This document shows, one piece after another, positions 5,563-14,253 of a stretch of 15,233 nt of DNA. The stretch is taken from assembly GCA_002716355.1 (NCBI GenBank), contig PBAU01000015.1:1-15233 (forward strand), read 5' to 3'. The notes beneath the pieces were generated by a model, which was not told where the DNA came from, ran no database searches, and worked only from the letters and a program-made list of their open reading frames with translations. The stretch comes from a bacterium. GTDB lineage: Bacteria; UBP7; UBA6624. The translations under genes were made by a program, and so were the position numbers. Positions within the stretch are counted from its first letter, which is position 1; each line of letters begins with the position of its first letter.

Positions 5563-8223
5563 TTAAGCAATTTGAGCTAAAGTTAGATATGCAATTGGCA
5601 CTCTAAATGGAGAACAGCTTACATAATGAACGCCAGCATTATATAAAAACTTAATTGATTCTGGATCACCGCCATGCTCTCCACATATTCCAAGTTTAAT
5701 TTTTTTATTAGAAGATTTTGACTTTTTAATAGCAATTTTAATTAATTCACCAACACCTTCAGCATCTAAAACTTGGAAAGGATCTTGTTTAATAATTTTT
5801 TGACTAATATATTCAGGCATAAATGTACCAATATCATCTCTAGAAAAACCAAAAGTGGTTTGAGTTAAATCATTGGTTCCAAAAGAAATAAAATCTGCCA
5901 ATTTAGCAATTTTATCTGCGATTAAACATGCACGAGGCAATTCAATCATAGTACCAATTTTAATATTCAATTTTTGTAATGAGTATTGATTAATAATATT
6001 CGTGATTAAATTTTTTTGTTGTATAAATTCTCCTATACTCCCAACTAAAGGAATCATAATTTCAGGGTGTGGCTTGAAGCCCTCTTTAAGTAATTGTTTC
6101 GCGGCTTGTACTATTGCCGTTGTTTGCATTTGAGTGATTTCTGGATATGTAATAGCTAGTCTACATCCACGATGTCCAAGCATTGGATTTGATTCATGTA
6201 AGGTATGTATCTTAGCATGTAGCTGTTTATAGCTAATATTGAAATCATTAGCTAAATCCTGAATTTGTGATTTTGTTGTAGGCAAAAATTCATGCAGAGG
6301 CGGATCTAATAATCTAATAGTAACAGGCTTACCATTCATTGTTTTTAAAATATTATAAAAATCATTTTTTTGAAAGGGTAATAATTTCATTATGGCTTTT
6401 TTTCTATCTTCCAAAGAATTGGCTATAATCATTTTTCTAATTTCTTTAATTCTCTGAGGATCAAAAAACATATGTTCTGTACGGCATAAACCAATTCCTG
6501 TTGCTCCAAGTTCATATGCTTTTTTTGCATCTTGAGGAGAATCAGCATTAGTACGCACATTAATTTTTGCTTCGGATTTACTAATGGACAATAAATTATT
6601 AAATAGCTTATTTTTAGATATTTGTGGTTGAATTAAAGGCAACTGTCCATTATATACATGACCGGTTGTTCCATTTAATGTTATCCAGTCACCTTCTTTA
6701 ATTATCCTATTACCTACCTTAAATAATTTATTTTTTTCATTAATTTCAATATCATTACAGCCTACAATACAGCATTTACCCCATCCTCTTGCAACTAATG
6801 CTGCATGGGAAGTCATTCCACCGCGCGATGTAAGAATTGCTTTTGCGGCATACATGCCATGCACATCCTCAGGGGAGGTTTCTTTTCTTACTAAAATCAC
6901 ATTTTTACCTTCATTATATAATTGCTCAGCTGTATTAGGATGAAACACGATTTCTCCAGTAGCTGAACCAGGTCCAGCCGGTAGGCCTGATGCAATAGGA
7001 TTCATATTGTTTATTTCTTGCGGATTAATAGTTGGTAAAAGTATTTCATTAATATGTGAAGGAGAAATTTTAGCTAATAATTGTTTTTTTGAATGTAGTT
7101 TTTCTTTATACATATCTAATGCTATTTTAATTGCAGCGGTACCATTTCTTTTACCTGTTCTAGTTTGCAGTAGCCACAGTTTTCCTTCTTCAATAGTAAA
7201 TTCTAAATCTTGCATTTCTTTATAATGCAATTCCAAGTTCTTTTGAATTTCATCTAATTCTTTATATAGTTTTGGAAATTGAGATTTAAGATCATGTTTT
7301 GAATTATCAATAATTGGCAAAGGAGTTCGAATACCAGCAACAACATCTTCTCCTTGAGCATTTTTTAGCCATTCTCCAAAAAATTTTTTTTCTCCCGTAG
7401 AAGGATTTCTAGTAAATGCAACACCTGTAGCTGATGTATTTCCCATATTACCAAAAACCATACATTGAACATTTACGGCCGTACCCCAATCATCTGGGAT
7501 ATTTTCTATTTTTCTATAATCAATAGCTCGTTTCCCATTCCATGATTGAAAAACTGCATTAATAGCACCCCATAACTGCTCATAAGGATCCTGAGGAAAA
7601 TTTTGCTTAAACTTACTCTTAATTTTTTTTTGATATAAATTACATAAATTAATTAGTTGAGAGTCTGTTAAATCACTATCCCTTTTATAGCTATATTGAT
7701 ATTTTAACTTTTCTAATAAGAGATCTAATTCTTCTCTAATGCTATCATTGGTTGTTGAATAAAGAGGATTTGATTTTTCCATAACTACATCAGCATACAT
7801 CATTAATAATCTTCTATATGAATCATAAACAAATTGAGCATTATCAGTTTTTTGAACAAGACCGCGCAGAGTATCATCATTTAGTCCAATGTTAAGTACA
7901 GTTTCCATCATACCAGGCATTGATTGACGAGCTCCAGAGCGCACAGAAAACAATAAAGGATTTTTATGACATCCAAATTTTTTATTCATATATTGTTCAA
8001 TTTTTAGTATTGCAGAATTAAGCTGTTTTTTAAATCCAGATGGAAATTTTTTATGTTTCATATAAAAAGTACAAACCTCCGTACTGATAGTAAAGCCTGG
8101 AGGCACAGGAATTCCTAAATTTGTCATTTCAGCTAAATTTGCACCCTTCCCTCCTAATGTATGATTCATTAATGCAGAGCCTTCTGCGCTTCCATTTATA
8201 AATGTATAGATATATTTTTTCAT
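5563..8223 (-). CDS. ppdK: Pyruvate, phosphate dikinase (886 aa)
   Basis: Full-length collinear PPDK. N-terminal ATP-grasp region (GGKGANLAEM, PVPPGFTIST). Phosphohistidine swivel motif GGMTSHAALVARGWGK. C-terminal PEP/pyruvate TIM-barrel motifs (GLCRTEHMF, FISFGTNDLTQ, GICGEHGGDP). Confidence 0.97.
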   Translation of the reverse strand: MKKYIYTFINGSAEGSALMNHTLGGKGANLAEMTNLGIPVPPGFTISTEVCTFYMKHKKFPSGFKKQLNSAILKIEQYMNKKFGCHKNPLLFSVRSGARQSMPGMMETVLNIGLNDDTLRGLVQKTDNAQFVYDSYRRLLMMYADVVMEKSNPLYSTTNDSIREELDLLLEKLKYQYSYKRDSDLTDSQLINLCNLYQKKIKSKFKQNFPQDPYEQLWGAINAVFQSWNGKRAIDYRKIENIPDDWGTAVNVQCMVFGNMGNTSATGVAFTRNPSTGEKKFFGEWLKNAQGEDVVAGIRTPLPIIDNSKHDLKSQFPKLYKELDEIQKNLELHYKEMQDLEFTIEEGKLWLLQTRTGKRNGTAAIKIALDMYKEKLHSKKQLLAKISPSHINEILLPTINPQEINNMNPIASGLPAGPGSATGEIVFHPNTAEQLYNEGKNVILVRKETSPEDVHGMYAAKAILTSRGGMTSHAALVARGWGKCCIVGCNDIEINEKNKLFKVGNRIIKEGDWITLNGTTGHVYNGQLPLIQPQISKNKLFNNLLSISKSEAKINVRTNADSPQDAKKAYELGATGIGLCRTEHMFFDPQRIKEIRKMIIANSLEDRKKAIMKLLPFQKNDFYNILKTMNGKPVTIRLLDPPLHEFLPTTKSQIQDLANDFNISYKQLHAKIHTLHESNPMLGHRGCRLAITYPEITQMQTTAIVQAAKQLLKEGFKPHPEIMIPLVGSIGEFIQQKNLITNIINQYSLQKLNIKIGTMIELPRACLIADKIAKLADFISFGTNDLTQTTFGFSRDDIGTFMPEYISQKIIKQDPFQVLDAEGVGELIKIAIKKSKSSNKKIKLGICGEHGGDPESIKFLYNAGVHYVSCSPFRVPIAYLTLAQIA

Positions 8224-8394
8224 ATTAATCCAGTAATATTACACTAAATTCAATGTATTAATATATTTGAAAATTATGATATAACTCTACAATGAAATTA
8301 TTTGTATAAACTTGGTAGGATTTGATTGTAATTACACCATAATTACATTAACTTATTATTGACACTACATTAATAAATTAACAAAACATCTAAT

Positions 8395-8790
8395 ATGAAA
8401 ATAGAAAGAATGAATAAAGGAAGCTGGGGAAAAGTAAGAGCTTTTTTTGATTTAACGACTCAAGAAGGTTTTACTATTAAAGGTTTTAAAATTATAGAAG
8501 GGATTAATGGTTTGTTTGTTAGCATGCCAAGCCAAAAAGGTAATGATGAAGAATACTATGATACAATTTGGGTAGATTCTAAGCAATTGAGAGAAGATTT
8601 AAATGAATTAGCAATAAATCAATATAATCAATCTTCTAGCGATACATTATCACCGCCAACTTCAAATGAAAATTCAAGTGAAATGAATAGCACTCCTTCA
8701 ACAGGAGATAATTTATCAGATAATCAACCTGTTGAATCAGAAACTACTGCAGATACTCCAGCATTTTCTGATGATGATATTCCTTTTTAA
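8395..8790 (+). CDS. spoVG: SpoVG-family nucleic-acid-binding protein with a disordered acidic C-terminal extension ending in an SSB-like DDDIPF tip (131 aa)
   Basis: Residues 1-79 align with remembered SpoVG (GKVRAFFDLT...FTIKGFKIIEGINGLFVSMPSQK...EYYDTI...LREDLNELAINQY versus B. subtilis GRMRAIASIT...[23 protein letters not shown]...EFRDI...). Residues 80-131 are Ser/Thr/Asn/Pro/Asp/Glu-rich with no basic residue, and the last six codons (8770-8787) encode DDDIPF. No obvious Shine-Dalgarno. Confidence 0.85.
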   Translation: MKIERMNKGSWGKVRAFFDLTTQEGFTIKGFKIIEGINGLFVSMPSQKGNDEEYYDTIWVDSKQLREDLNELAINQYNQSSSDTLSPPTSNENSSEMNSTPSTGDNLSDNQPVESETTADTPAFSDDDIPF

Positions 8791-8802
8791 GATATATAAA
8801 GT

Positions 8803-9471
8803 ATGATGCAATTTTTATTTTCTTCTATAGGTAAAAAAATTCAGGTTGCTATCTCAGGTATTTTTTTATGTATTTTTTTAGTTTTTCATTTACTGAATAA
8901 TATCACATTGTTTTTTGGTCCAGCTGTATTTAATGCTATGGTTCATTTTTTAGAGAGTATTAAACCAATGATTAGAATTATGGAATTTGGTTTGTTATTT
9001 ATTCTCATCATGCATATAGGCAATGCTATAAAATTAACAATAGAAAATAAAGCTGCAAATCCTGTTAATTATAAACAATCACAATCTAACGATGTGAGCT
9101 CTTTAAATTCTCGGACTATGCTAATATCAGGCACTATAATCTTATTGTTTATTATTTTACATCTCAGCTATATATGGCTTAGCTATCAAACACACAATCC
9201 TAATAATCATAGTGAAACTTATTATGATATTTTGTTAAGAAACAAAATTGGGTTTTTAGGGCACAAATGGACGGCTTTATTTTATGTAATTGCCATTAGT
9301 ATTATTGCATTTCATTTACGCCATGGTTTTCAATCTGCATTAAAAACTTTGGGTTTTCTTCCTAATTCAAAAAATAATTTTTTATATAAAATTGCCTTTA
9401 TTTTTTGGGGAATAATACCTTTTGGTTTTATTGTTATTGTTTTATCAATTCAATTTGGAATTATTAATTAA
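8803..9471 (+). CDS. sdhC: Succinate dehydrogenase/fumarate reductase cytochrome b subunit (b558-type, five TM helices) (222 aa)
   Basis: N-terminal [13 protein letters not shown] motif typical of Bacillus/Bacteroides-type SdhC/FrdC. Five hydrophobic helices with conserved His in FHLLNN, MHIGNA, LHLSYIW and FHLRHGF, consistent with bis-His ligation of two haems. Directly precedes sdhA and sdhB. Confidence 0.85.
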   Translation: MMQFLFSSIGKKIQVAISGIFLCIFLVFHLLNNITLFFGPAVFNAMVHFLESIKPMIRIMEFGLLFILIMHIGNAIKLTIENKAANPVNYKQSQSNDVSSLNSRTMLISGTIILLFIILHLSYIWLSYQTHNPNNHSETYYDILLRNKIGFLGHKWTALFYVIAISIIAFHLRHGFQSALKTLGFLPNSKNNFLYKIAFIFWGIIPFGFIVIVLSIQFGIIN

Positions 9472-9472
9472 T

Positions 9473-11383
9473 ATGAAATCACTGGATTCTAAAATACCCA
9501 ATGGAGATTTAGTTAGTAAATGGTCTCAGCACAAATTTAATTTAAATTTAGTTAATCCATCGAATAAAAAAAAATATACAGTGATTGTAGTTGGGACTGG
9601 TTTAGCTGGTGCATCCGCAGCTGCAACAATGGCAGAATTAGGATATAATGTTTTAGCTTTTTCATATCATGAATCACCGCGTAGAGCTCATAGCATTGCA
9701 GCACAAGGTGGAATTAATGCTGCTAAAAATTATCAAAATGATGGAGATAGTGTTTTTAGATTATTTTATGATACTATTAAAGGAGGCGATTATCGATCAA
9801 GGGAAGCCAATGTTTATCGTTTAGCAGAATTAAGTAGCAATATTATTGATCAATGTGCAGCACAGGGAGTTCCATTTGCTCGTGAATATGGAGGACACTT
9901 AGCAAATCGTTCATTTGGCGGAGCGCAAGTTTCTCGTACATTTTATGCTAGAGGACAAACAGGACAACAGCTACTTTTAGGAGCATATTCTGCCTTAATT
10001 AGGCAAATGAATTTAAAAACAGTCAAATTTTTTCCTAGACATGAAATGTTAGATTTGGTTACCATTGATGGGCATGCAAAAGGAATTATCGCAAGAAATT
10101 TATTAACGGGAGACATACAATCCTATCCAGCAAATGCAGTTGTATTAGCAACAGGAGGGTATGGAAATGTTTTTTACTTATCTACAAATGCGATGGCAAG
10201 CAATGTAACAGCTTCATGGCGTGCACATAAAAAAGGAGCATTATTTGCTAATCCTTGCTTTACACAAATTCATCCAACCTGCATACCTGTGAGTAGTAAT
10301 CATCAATCTAAATTAACATTAATGAGTGAAAGCTTAAGAAATGATGGGCGTGTATGGGTGCCAAAGAAAAAAAATGATTTAAGAGATCCCAATCAAATAT
10401 CAGAAGAAGAAAGAGATTATTATTTAGAACGACTTTATCCTTCTTTTGGGAATTTAGTCCCTAGAGATGTTGCATCTAGGAGAGCAAAAGAAATGTGTGA
10501 TAACGGCTTTGGTGTTGGCAATACAAGGTTAGCTGTATATCTAGACTTTAAAGATGTTATCGCCAAACAAGGTAAAAACTGGGTTGCTGAAAAATATGGT
10601 AATCTTTTTGATATGTATCATCAAATCACTGGAGAAAGTCCCTATGAAAAACCCATGATGATATATCCGGCAGTACACTATACTATGGGAGGATTATGGG
10701 TTGATTATAATTTAATGAGTAATATTCCAGGATTATATGTAACAGGTGAAGCAAATTTTTCAGATCATGGAGCAAATAGATTAGGAGCCAGTGCATTAAT
10801 GCAAGGTTTAGCTGATGGATATTTTATTTTGCCTTATACTATAGGAGATTATTTAGCTAAAGAATCATCAGCTTTAAATAGCACACATGAAGAGTATCAA
10901 AATGGAGTGCAATTTTGTAATGAACAAATTAAAAATATGCTTTCTATTAAAGGTAATAAAACTGTTGATGATTTACATAAAGAATTAGGAAAGATTATGT
11001 GGGATTATGTAGGCATGTCTAGAAATAAAAGCAATTTAGAGTTAGCCTTGAAACAGATTCCATCTATTAGAGAAGATTTTTGGAATAATGTTAATATTCC
11101 TGGAACTGGCAAAGAATTTAACCCAGAATTAGAAAAAGCAGGTCGCTTAGCAGATTTTATTGAGCTAGGGGAATTAATGGCAAAAGATGCGCTAAATAGA
11201 GAAGAATCGTGTGGCGGCCATTTTAGAGAAGAACATCAAACAGATGACAATGAAGCAAAAAGAAACGACGAAAATTATTCGTTTGTAGCTGCATGGGAAT
11301 ATGTTAAAGAAAAAGAATCAATTATGCATAAGGAACAATTAATATTTGAAAATGTAAAACTGGCAACCAGGAGCTATAAATAA
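9473..11383 (+). CDS. sdhA: Succinate dehydrogenase/fumarate reductase flavoprotein subunit (636 aa from the ATG at 9473)
   Basis: FAD dinucleotide fold [21 protein letters not shown]. Covalent-FAD histidine motif [15 protein letters not shown]. Active-site region [10 protein letters not shown] and [19 protein letters not shown] prefer the ATG at 9473 (MKSLDSKIP..., 1 nt after the sdhC stop) to the TTG at 9422 in the ORF track, which would overlap sdhC by 50 nt. Confidence 0.95.
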   Translation: MKSLDSKIPNGDLVSKWSQHKFNLNLVNPSNKKKYTVIVVGTGLAGASAAATMAELGYNVLAFSYHESPRRAHSIAAQGGINAAKNYQNDGDSVFRLFYDTIKGGDYRSREANVYRLAELSSNIIDQCAAQGVPFAREYGGHLANRSFGGAQVSRTFYARGQTGQQLLLGAYSALIRQMNLKTVKFFPRHEMLDLVTIDGHAKGIIARNLLTGDIQSYPANAVVLATGGYGNVFYLSTNAMASNVTASWRAHKKGALFANPCFTQIHPTCIPVSSNHQSKLTLMSESLRNDGRVWVPKKKNDLRDPNQISEEERDYYLERLYPSFGNLVPRDVASRRAKEMCDNGFGVGNTRLAVYLDFKDVIAKQGKNWVAEKYGNLFDMYHQITGESPYEKPMMIYPAVHYTMGGLWVDYNLMSNIPGLYVTGEANFSDHGANRLGASALMQGLADGYFILPYTIGDYLAKESSALNSTHEEYQNGVQFCNEQIKNMLSIKGNKTVDDLHKELGKIMWDYVGMSRNKSNLELALKQIPSIREDFWNNVNIPGTGKEFNPELEKAGRLADFIELGELMAKDALNREESCGGHFREEHQTDDNEAKRNDENYSFVAAWEYVKEKESIMHKEQLIFENVKLATRSYK

Positions 11384-12117
11384 TGCAACTTACTTTAAAA
11401 ATTTGGAGGCAATCATCAGCAGAATCAACAGGATTTTTTGAAAAATATATAGTTGATAATGTAACTGCAGACATGTCCTTTTTTGAAATGCTTGATATGC
11501 TAAACAATGATTTAATTAAACAGAATAAATCTCCTATTGTTTTTGACCATGATTGTAGAGAGGGTATATGTGGAACATGTGGTTTGGTAATAAATGGTAG
11601 AGCTCACGGCCCTTTAAAAGGAGTTACTGCTTGTCAATTACATATGAGAACATTTAAAAATGGTGAAACCCTAACTGTAGAACCATGGAGAGCAAAGAGC
11701 TTCAAAGTAATTAAAGATTTAGCAGTTGATAGACAGGCATTTGATAAAATTATGGAAGCAGGAGGATATATTTCAGTTAAAACTGGAGGTGCTCCTGATG
11801 CAAATGCCATGCCTATTTTTAAAGAAAATGCAGATGAAGCATTTGATTCAGCTACTTGTATAGGATGTGGAGCATGTGTTGCTGCATGTAAAAACTCATC
11901 AGCGATGCTATTTGTAGGCGCAAAAGTTAATCAATATGCCCAATTACCTCAAGGACAAGTCGAACACTCTAAAAGAGTGAAAAATATGGTAGAAGCAATG
12001 GATAGTGCAGGATTTGGTAATTGTACAAATACTGGTGCATGTGAAGCGGAATGTCCTAAAGAAATTTCTATTAGTAATATTATTAAATTGAATAAAGAAT
12101 ATTTAAAATTTCATTAA
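11383..12117 (+). CDS. sdhB: Succinate dehydrogenase/fumarate reductase iron-sulfur subunit (244 aa)
   Basis: TAATG stop/start overlap with sdhA. AGGAG RBS at 11369-11373. Three Cys clusters: [10 protein letters not shown] (2Fe-2S), [11 protein letters not shown] (4Fe-4S), [12 protein letters not shown] (3Fe-4S). Confidence 0.95.
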   Translation: MQLTLKIWRQSSAESTGFFEKYIVDNVTADMSFFEMLDMLNNDLIKQNKSPIVFDHDCREGICGTCGLVINGRAHGPLKGVTACQLHMRTFKNGETLTVEPWRAKSFKVIKDLAVDRQAFDKIMEAGGYISVKTGGAPDANAMPIFKENADEAFDSATCIGCGACVAACKNSSAMLFVGAKVNQYAQLPQGQVEHSKRVKNMVEAMDSAGFGNCTNTGACEAECPKEISISNIIKLNKEYLKFH

Positions 12118-12122
12118 TCAAT

Positions 12123-12746
12123 TTATTGTAGTTTAAAAGAAACAGGAATATTAACCCAAACACCAATTCTCTTTCCCTGTTGTTTTGCAGGAATCCATCT
12201 AGATTTTTGAACAGCCTGTAATGCCATTTTATCTAAAGATTCAAATACTCCTTTAACCAGATAGCAATTTTTTGGTATTCCCTTTTTATTTATAAAAGCA
12301 GCAATAATAACCCTTCCTTCAATTCCTGCTTCTTTTGCTAGTTCAGGATATTCTACAAAGTCTTCCACTTTAAAACCAGGATATGGTTGAGGTTCAACCT
12401 CTCTTGCAATATATTCAAATTGCATGTTATTATTACCTGAGGGTGCTTCCCATTCATCAAAATCTTCTAAATCAGTGTCTTCAATTGTGATATCTTCATC
12501 AAAAAACTCATCTTCTGAAGCTACTGGAATTGAGGGGCGAGGCGGTGGCTCTGGTAATTTAATTTGTTCAGTTTGCGGAATATCAAATGTTTCAATTTCT
12601 TCTTGAATTGTTTTTTCAAATTTTTGAGCTTCACCAAGAAATCTTGGGAAAATATAAAAAATGATGGCAATTCCCATAATTACTCCTAGTGTAACTTCTC
12701 TAATACGTACAGGATAATGGTCTAATAGTGGATCTATTCTCATCAT
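12123..12746 (-). CDS. tonB: TonB-family energy transducer (207 aa)
   Basis: N-terminal TM anchor (VTLGVIMGIAIIFYIF), Pro-rich spacer (LPEPPPRPSIP), acidic linker, and C-terminal TonB domain (YPELAKEAGIEGRVIIAAFINKKG...ALQAVQKSRWIPAKQQGKRIGVWVNIPVSFKL). Starts 4 nt after the upstream exbD stop. Confidence 0.85.
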   Translation of the reverse strand: MMRIDPLLDHYPVRIREVTLGVIMGIAIIFYIFPRFLGEAQKFEKTIQEEIETFDIPQTEQIKLPEPPPRPSIPVASEDEFFDEDITIEDTDLEDFDEWEAPSGNNNMQFEYIAREVEPQPYPGFKVEDFVEYPELAKEAGIEGRVIIAAFINKKGIPKNCYLVKGVFESLDKMALQAVQKSRWIPAKQQGKRIGVWVNIPVSFKLQ

Positions 12747-12750
12747 AATT

Positions 12751-13161
12751 TTATTTTGATTGTGTTAAAGCTGAATAATTTAATTTTAAAGCCTGAGCCT
12801 GCCTAAGTTGAGTATGTATATCAGTTAATGTTTCCATAATACTGTTTTCATCAGACTTTAAGGAAACTGTTAATTTAGGATCTTTGGTAATTTTTAAATA
12901 CATTACTTCTCCTAAATCATTAATATTAATAATTTGATCATCTACTGATATCAACCCATCTTTAGTTGCCCATATATATGAAGTATGTCTTTTGCTTTCT
13001 AATTTTTCTATTGTTTGAGCTCTAGGCAATACGACTTCTAATCCTTCAAACTCACGCATTACAGTAGTAACCATAAAAAATATTAATAGCATGAAAATTA
13101 TATCAGGAAGAGATGATGTAGAAATTTCGTTACTTGTTTTATTTTTTCTATTTAATTTCAT
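12751..13161 (-). CDS. exbD: Biopolymer transport protein ExbD/TolR family, second copy (136 aa)
   Basis: Signature N-terminal segment SSLPDIIFMLLIFFMVTT with the conserved TM Asp, followed by a small periplasmic domain. Operon position between exbD-1 and tonB. Confidence 0.88.
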   Translation of the reverse strand: MKLNRKNKTSNEISTSSLPDIIFMLLIFFMVTTVMREFEGLEVVLPRAQTIEKLESKRHTSYIWATKDGLISVDDQIININDLGEVMYLKITKDPKLTVSLKSDENSIMETLTDIHTQLRQAQALKLNYSALTQSK

Positions 13162-13167
13162 ATTTTA

Positions 13168-13569
13168 TCAATTAGGTGGATTTGCAATAGAAATTTTTGT
13201 TGCTCCAGCTTGCTTCAATTGGTCTAATACTTCGATATAGCTTTTATATTTTGTACGCTTATTAGTTAACACAGAAAAAATTACTTTTTTATTTGCTTTA
13301 ATTCTATCAATTGCCTTTCTTTTTATATCTTTAATTTGTGTTGGCTGATCATCTAATAATACTTTTCCACGGTCATTAATCAAAACATTCACAATATTAT
13401 TTTTATTAACCTCTAGTTCATTCCCTTCAGCAGGAAGAATTAAGCTTATTCCTTTATCAAGTGAAATTGTAGTTGTTACAAGAAAAAAGACTAATAACAA
13501 AAATGCTATATCAGACATTGAAGAAGAATTGACTTCTTGCATTGCGGCTCTTCTAGGTTTTGTGAGCAT
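13168..13569 (-). CDS. exbD: Biopolymer transport protein ExbD/TolR family, first copy (133 aa)
   Basis: SSMSDIAFLLLVFFLVTTT signature with the conserved Asp. TAATG stop/start overlap with exbB. Confidence 0.88.
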   Translation of the reverse strand: MLTKPRRAAMQEVNSSSMSDIAFLLLVFFLVTTTISLDKGISLILPAEGNELEVNKNNIVNVLINDRGKVLLDDQPTQIKDIKRKAIDRIKANKKVIFSVLTNKRTKYKSYIEVLDQLKQAGATKISIANPPN

Positions 13570-14180
13570 TATTTTTTCTTTGTATCTGCTATGCTTTGTA
13601 GTAACATAGATGTACTTTTTTGCATAGTAACAATTTGATTATCTATAATATACATAACAGCATTTTGTAATAGTTGAAGAATTACTGCTACTACTAGTCC
13701 AAAAGCCGTAGTTAATAATGCTACTGAAATACCACCCGCTACTACTGCAGGAGAGATATCATTGGCCATTTTAATATCATTAAATGCTTGAATCATTCCC
13801 CACACAGTTCCCAAAAATCCTAACATAGGCGCCGTTGCTATACATAATGATATCCATGTCATATTTTTTTCTAATGATGCCATTTCAATTGCACCAGATT
13901 GTTCTAAAGATTTTTCAGCCGCCTCTTCTCCTAAATGAGCACGGTCCAATGCATTGTAACATAAATTAGCGACAGGTCCAACTGCTCCATCACATTTATC
14001 TTTGGCCGCACTTACTCCAGAATCTTTAATAGTTTGAGCAATATCTTCAGCAAAATCTTCTTTTGTCGCCAATCCTTTTAATAGATGGTATAATCTTTCA
14101 CCAACAAATACAAAACCAATTATAAAAATAAATAATATTGGCCACATAAATCCGCCACCATCAATAAATAATTGTACCAT
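13569..14180 (-). CDS. exbB: MotA/TolQ/ExbB-family proton channel, ExbB (203 aa)
   Basis: AGGAGA RBS (complement of 14187-14192) 6 nt from the ATG. GGFMWPILFIFIIGFVFVGERL N-terminal helix. Conserved APMLGFLGTVWGMI...GISVALLTTAFGLVVAV TM2/TM3 motifs. Heads the exbB-exbD-exbD-tonB operon. Confidence 0.9.
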   Translation of the reverse strand: MVQLFIDGGGFMWPILFIFIIGFVFVGERLYHLLKGLATKEDFAEDIAQTIKDSGVSAAKDKCDGAVGPVANLCYNALDRAHLGEEAAEKSLEQSGAIEMASLEKNMTWISLCIATAPMLGFLGTVWGMIQAFNDIKMANDISPAVVAGGISVALLTTAFGLVVAVILQLLQNAVMYIIDNQIVTMQKSTSMLLQSIADTKKK

Positions 14181-14253
14181 TAACTTTCTCCTTTTTTTCT
14201 ATCAAATCTATTTTAATTTAAGATTTATTGTTCTTTATTGAAAAACAAAAATT

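Noticed and set aside
7007-7225. 72-aa plus-strand ORF antisense to ppdK
   Set aside because: It lies within the highly conserved PPDK coding region on the opposite strand and has low-complexity hydrophobic, Cys-rich composition. It is spurious.
8259-8394. Candidate promoter elements upstream of spoVG: TAtaTTTG (8262-8269, Bacteroidetes-type -7 motif) and TTGACA (8359-8364, sigma-70 -35)
   Set aside because: The TTGACA has no acceptable -10 hexamer at 16-18 nt spacing. The TAnnTTTG match lies 126 nt from the ATG, and such matches are expected by chance in AT-rich DNA. Neither can be called without 5'-end data.
9422-9472. TTG-initiated N-terminal extension of sdhA given in the ORF track ([17 protein letters not shown])
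   Set aside because: It would overlap the sdhC 3' end by 50 nt and add a hydrophobic peptide to a soluble flavoprotein. The ATG at 9473, 1 nt after the sdhC stop, gives a typical SdhA N-terminus.
11322-11507. 61-aa minus-strand ORF spanning the sdhA/sdhB junction
   Set aside because: It is antisense to two strongly supported, translationally coupled genes and has no supporting signals.
12424-12606. 60-aa plus-strand Ser-rich ORF antisense to tonB
   Set aside because: It is the mirror image of the acidic/Pro-rich TonB linker (GAA/GAT-rich sense gives TTC/ATC-rich antisense). It is low-complexity and has no RBS.
12123-14180. exbB-exbD-exbD-tonB as a possible novel system, given a second MotA-family motor in the same window
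   Set aside because: This is the standard TonB energising complex. Two tandem exbD paralogues and this gene order are common in Bacteroidetes/Chlorobi-like genomes. The motifs are canonical and the operon is unlinked to the motA cassette.
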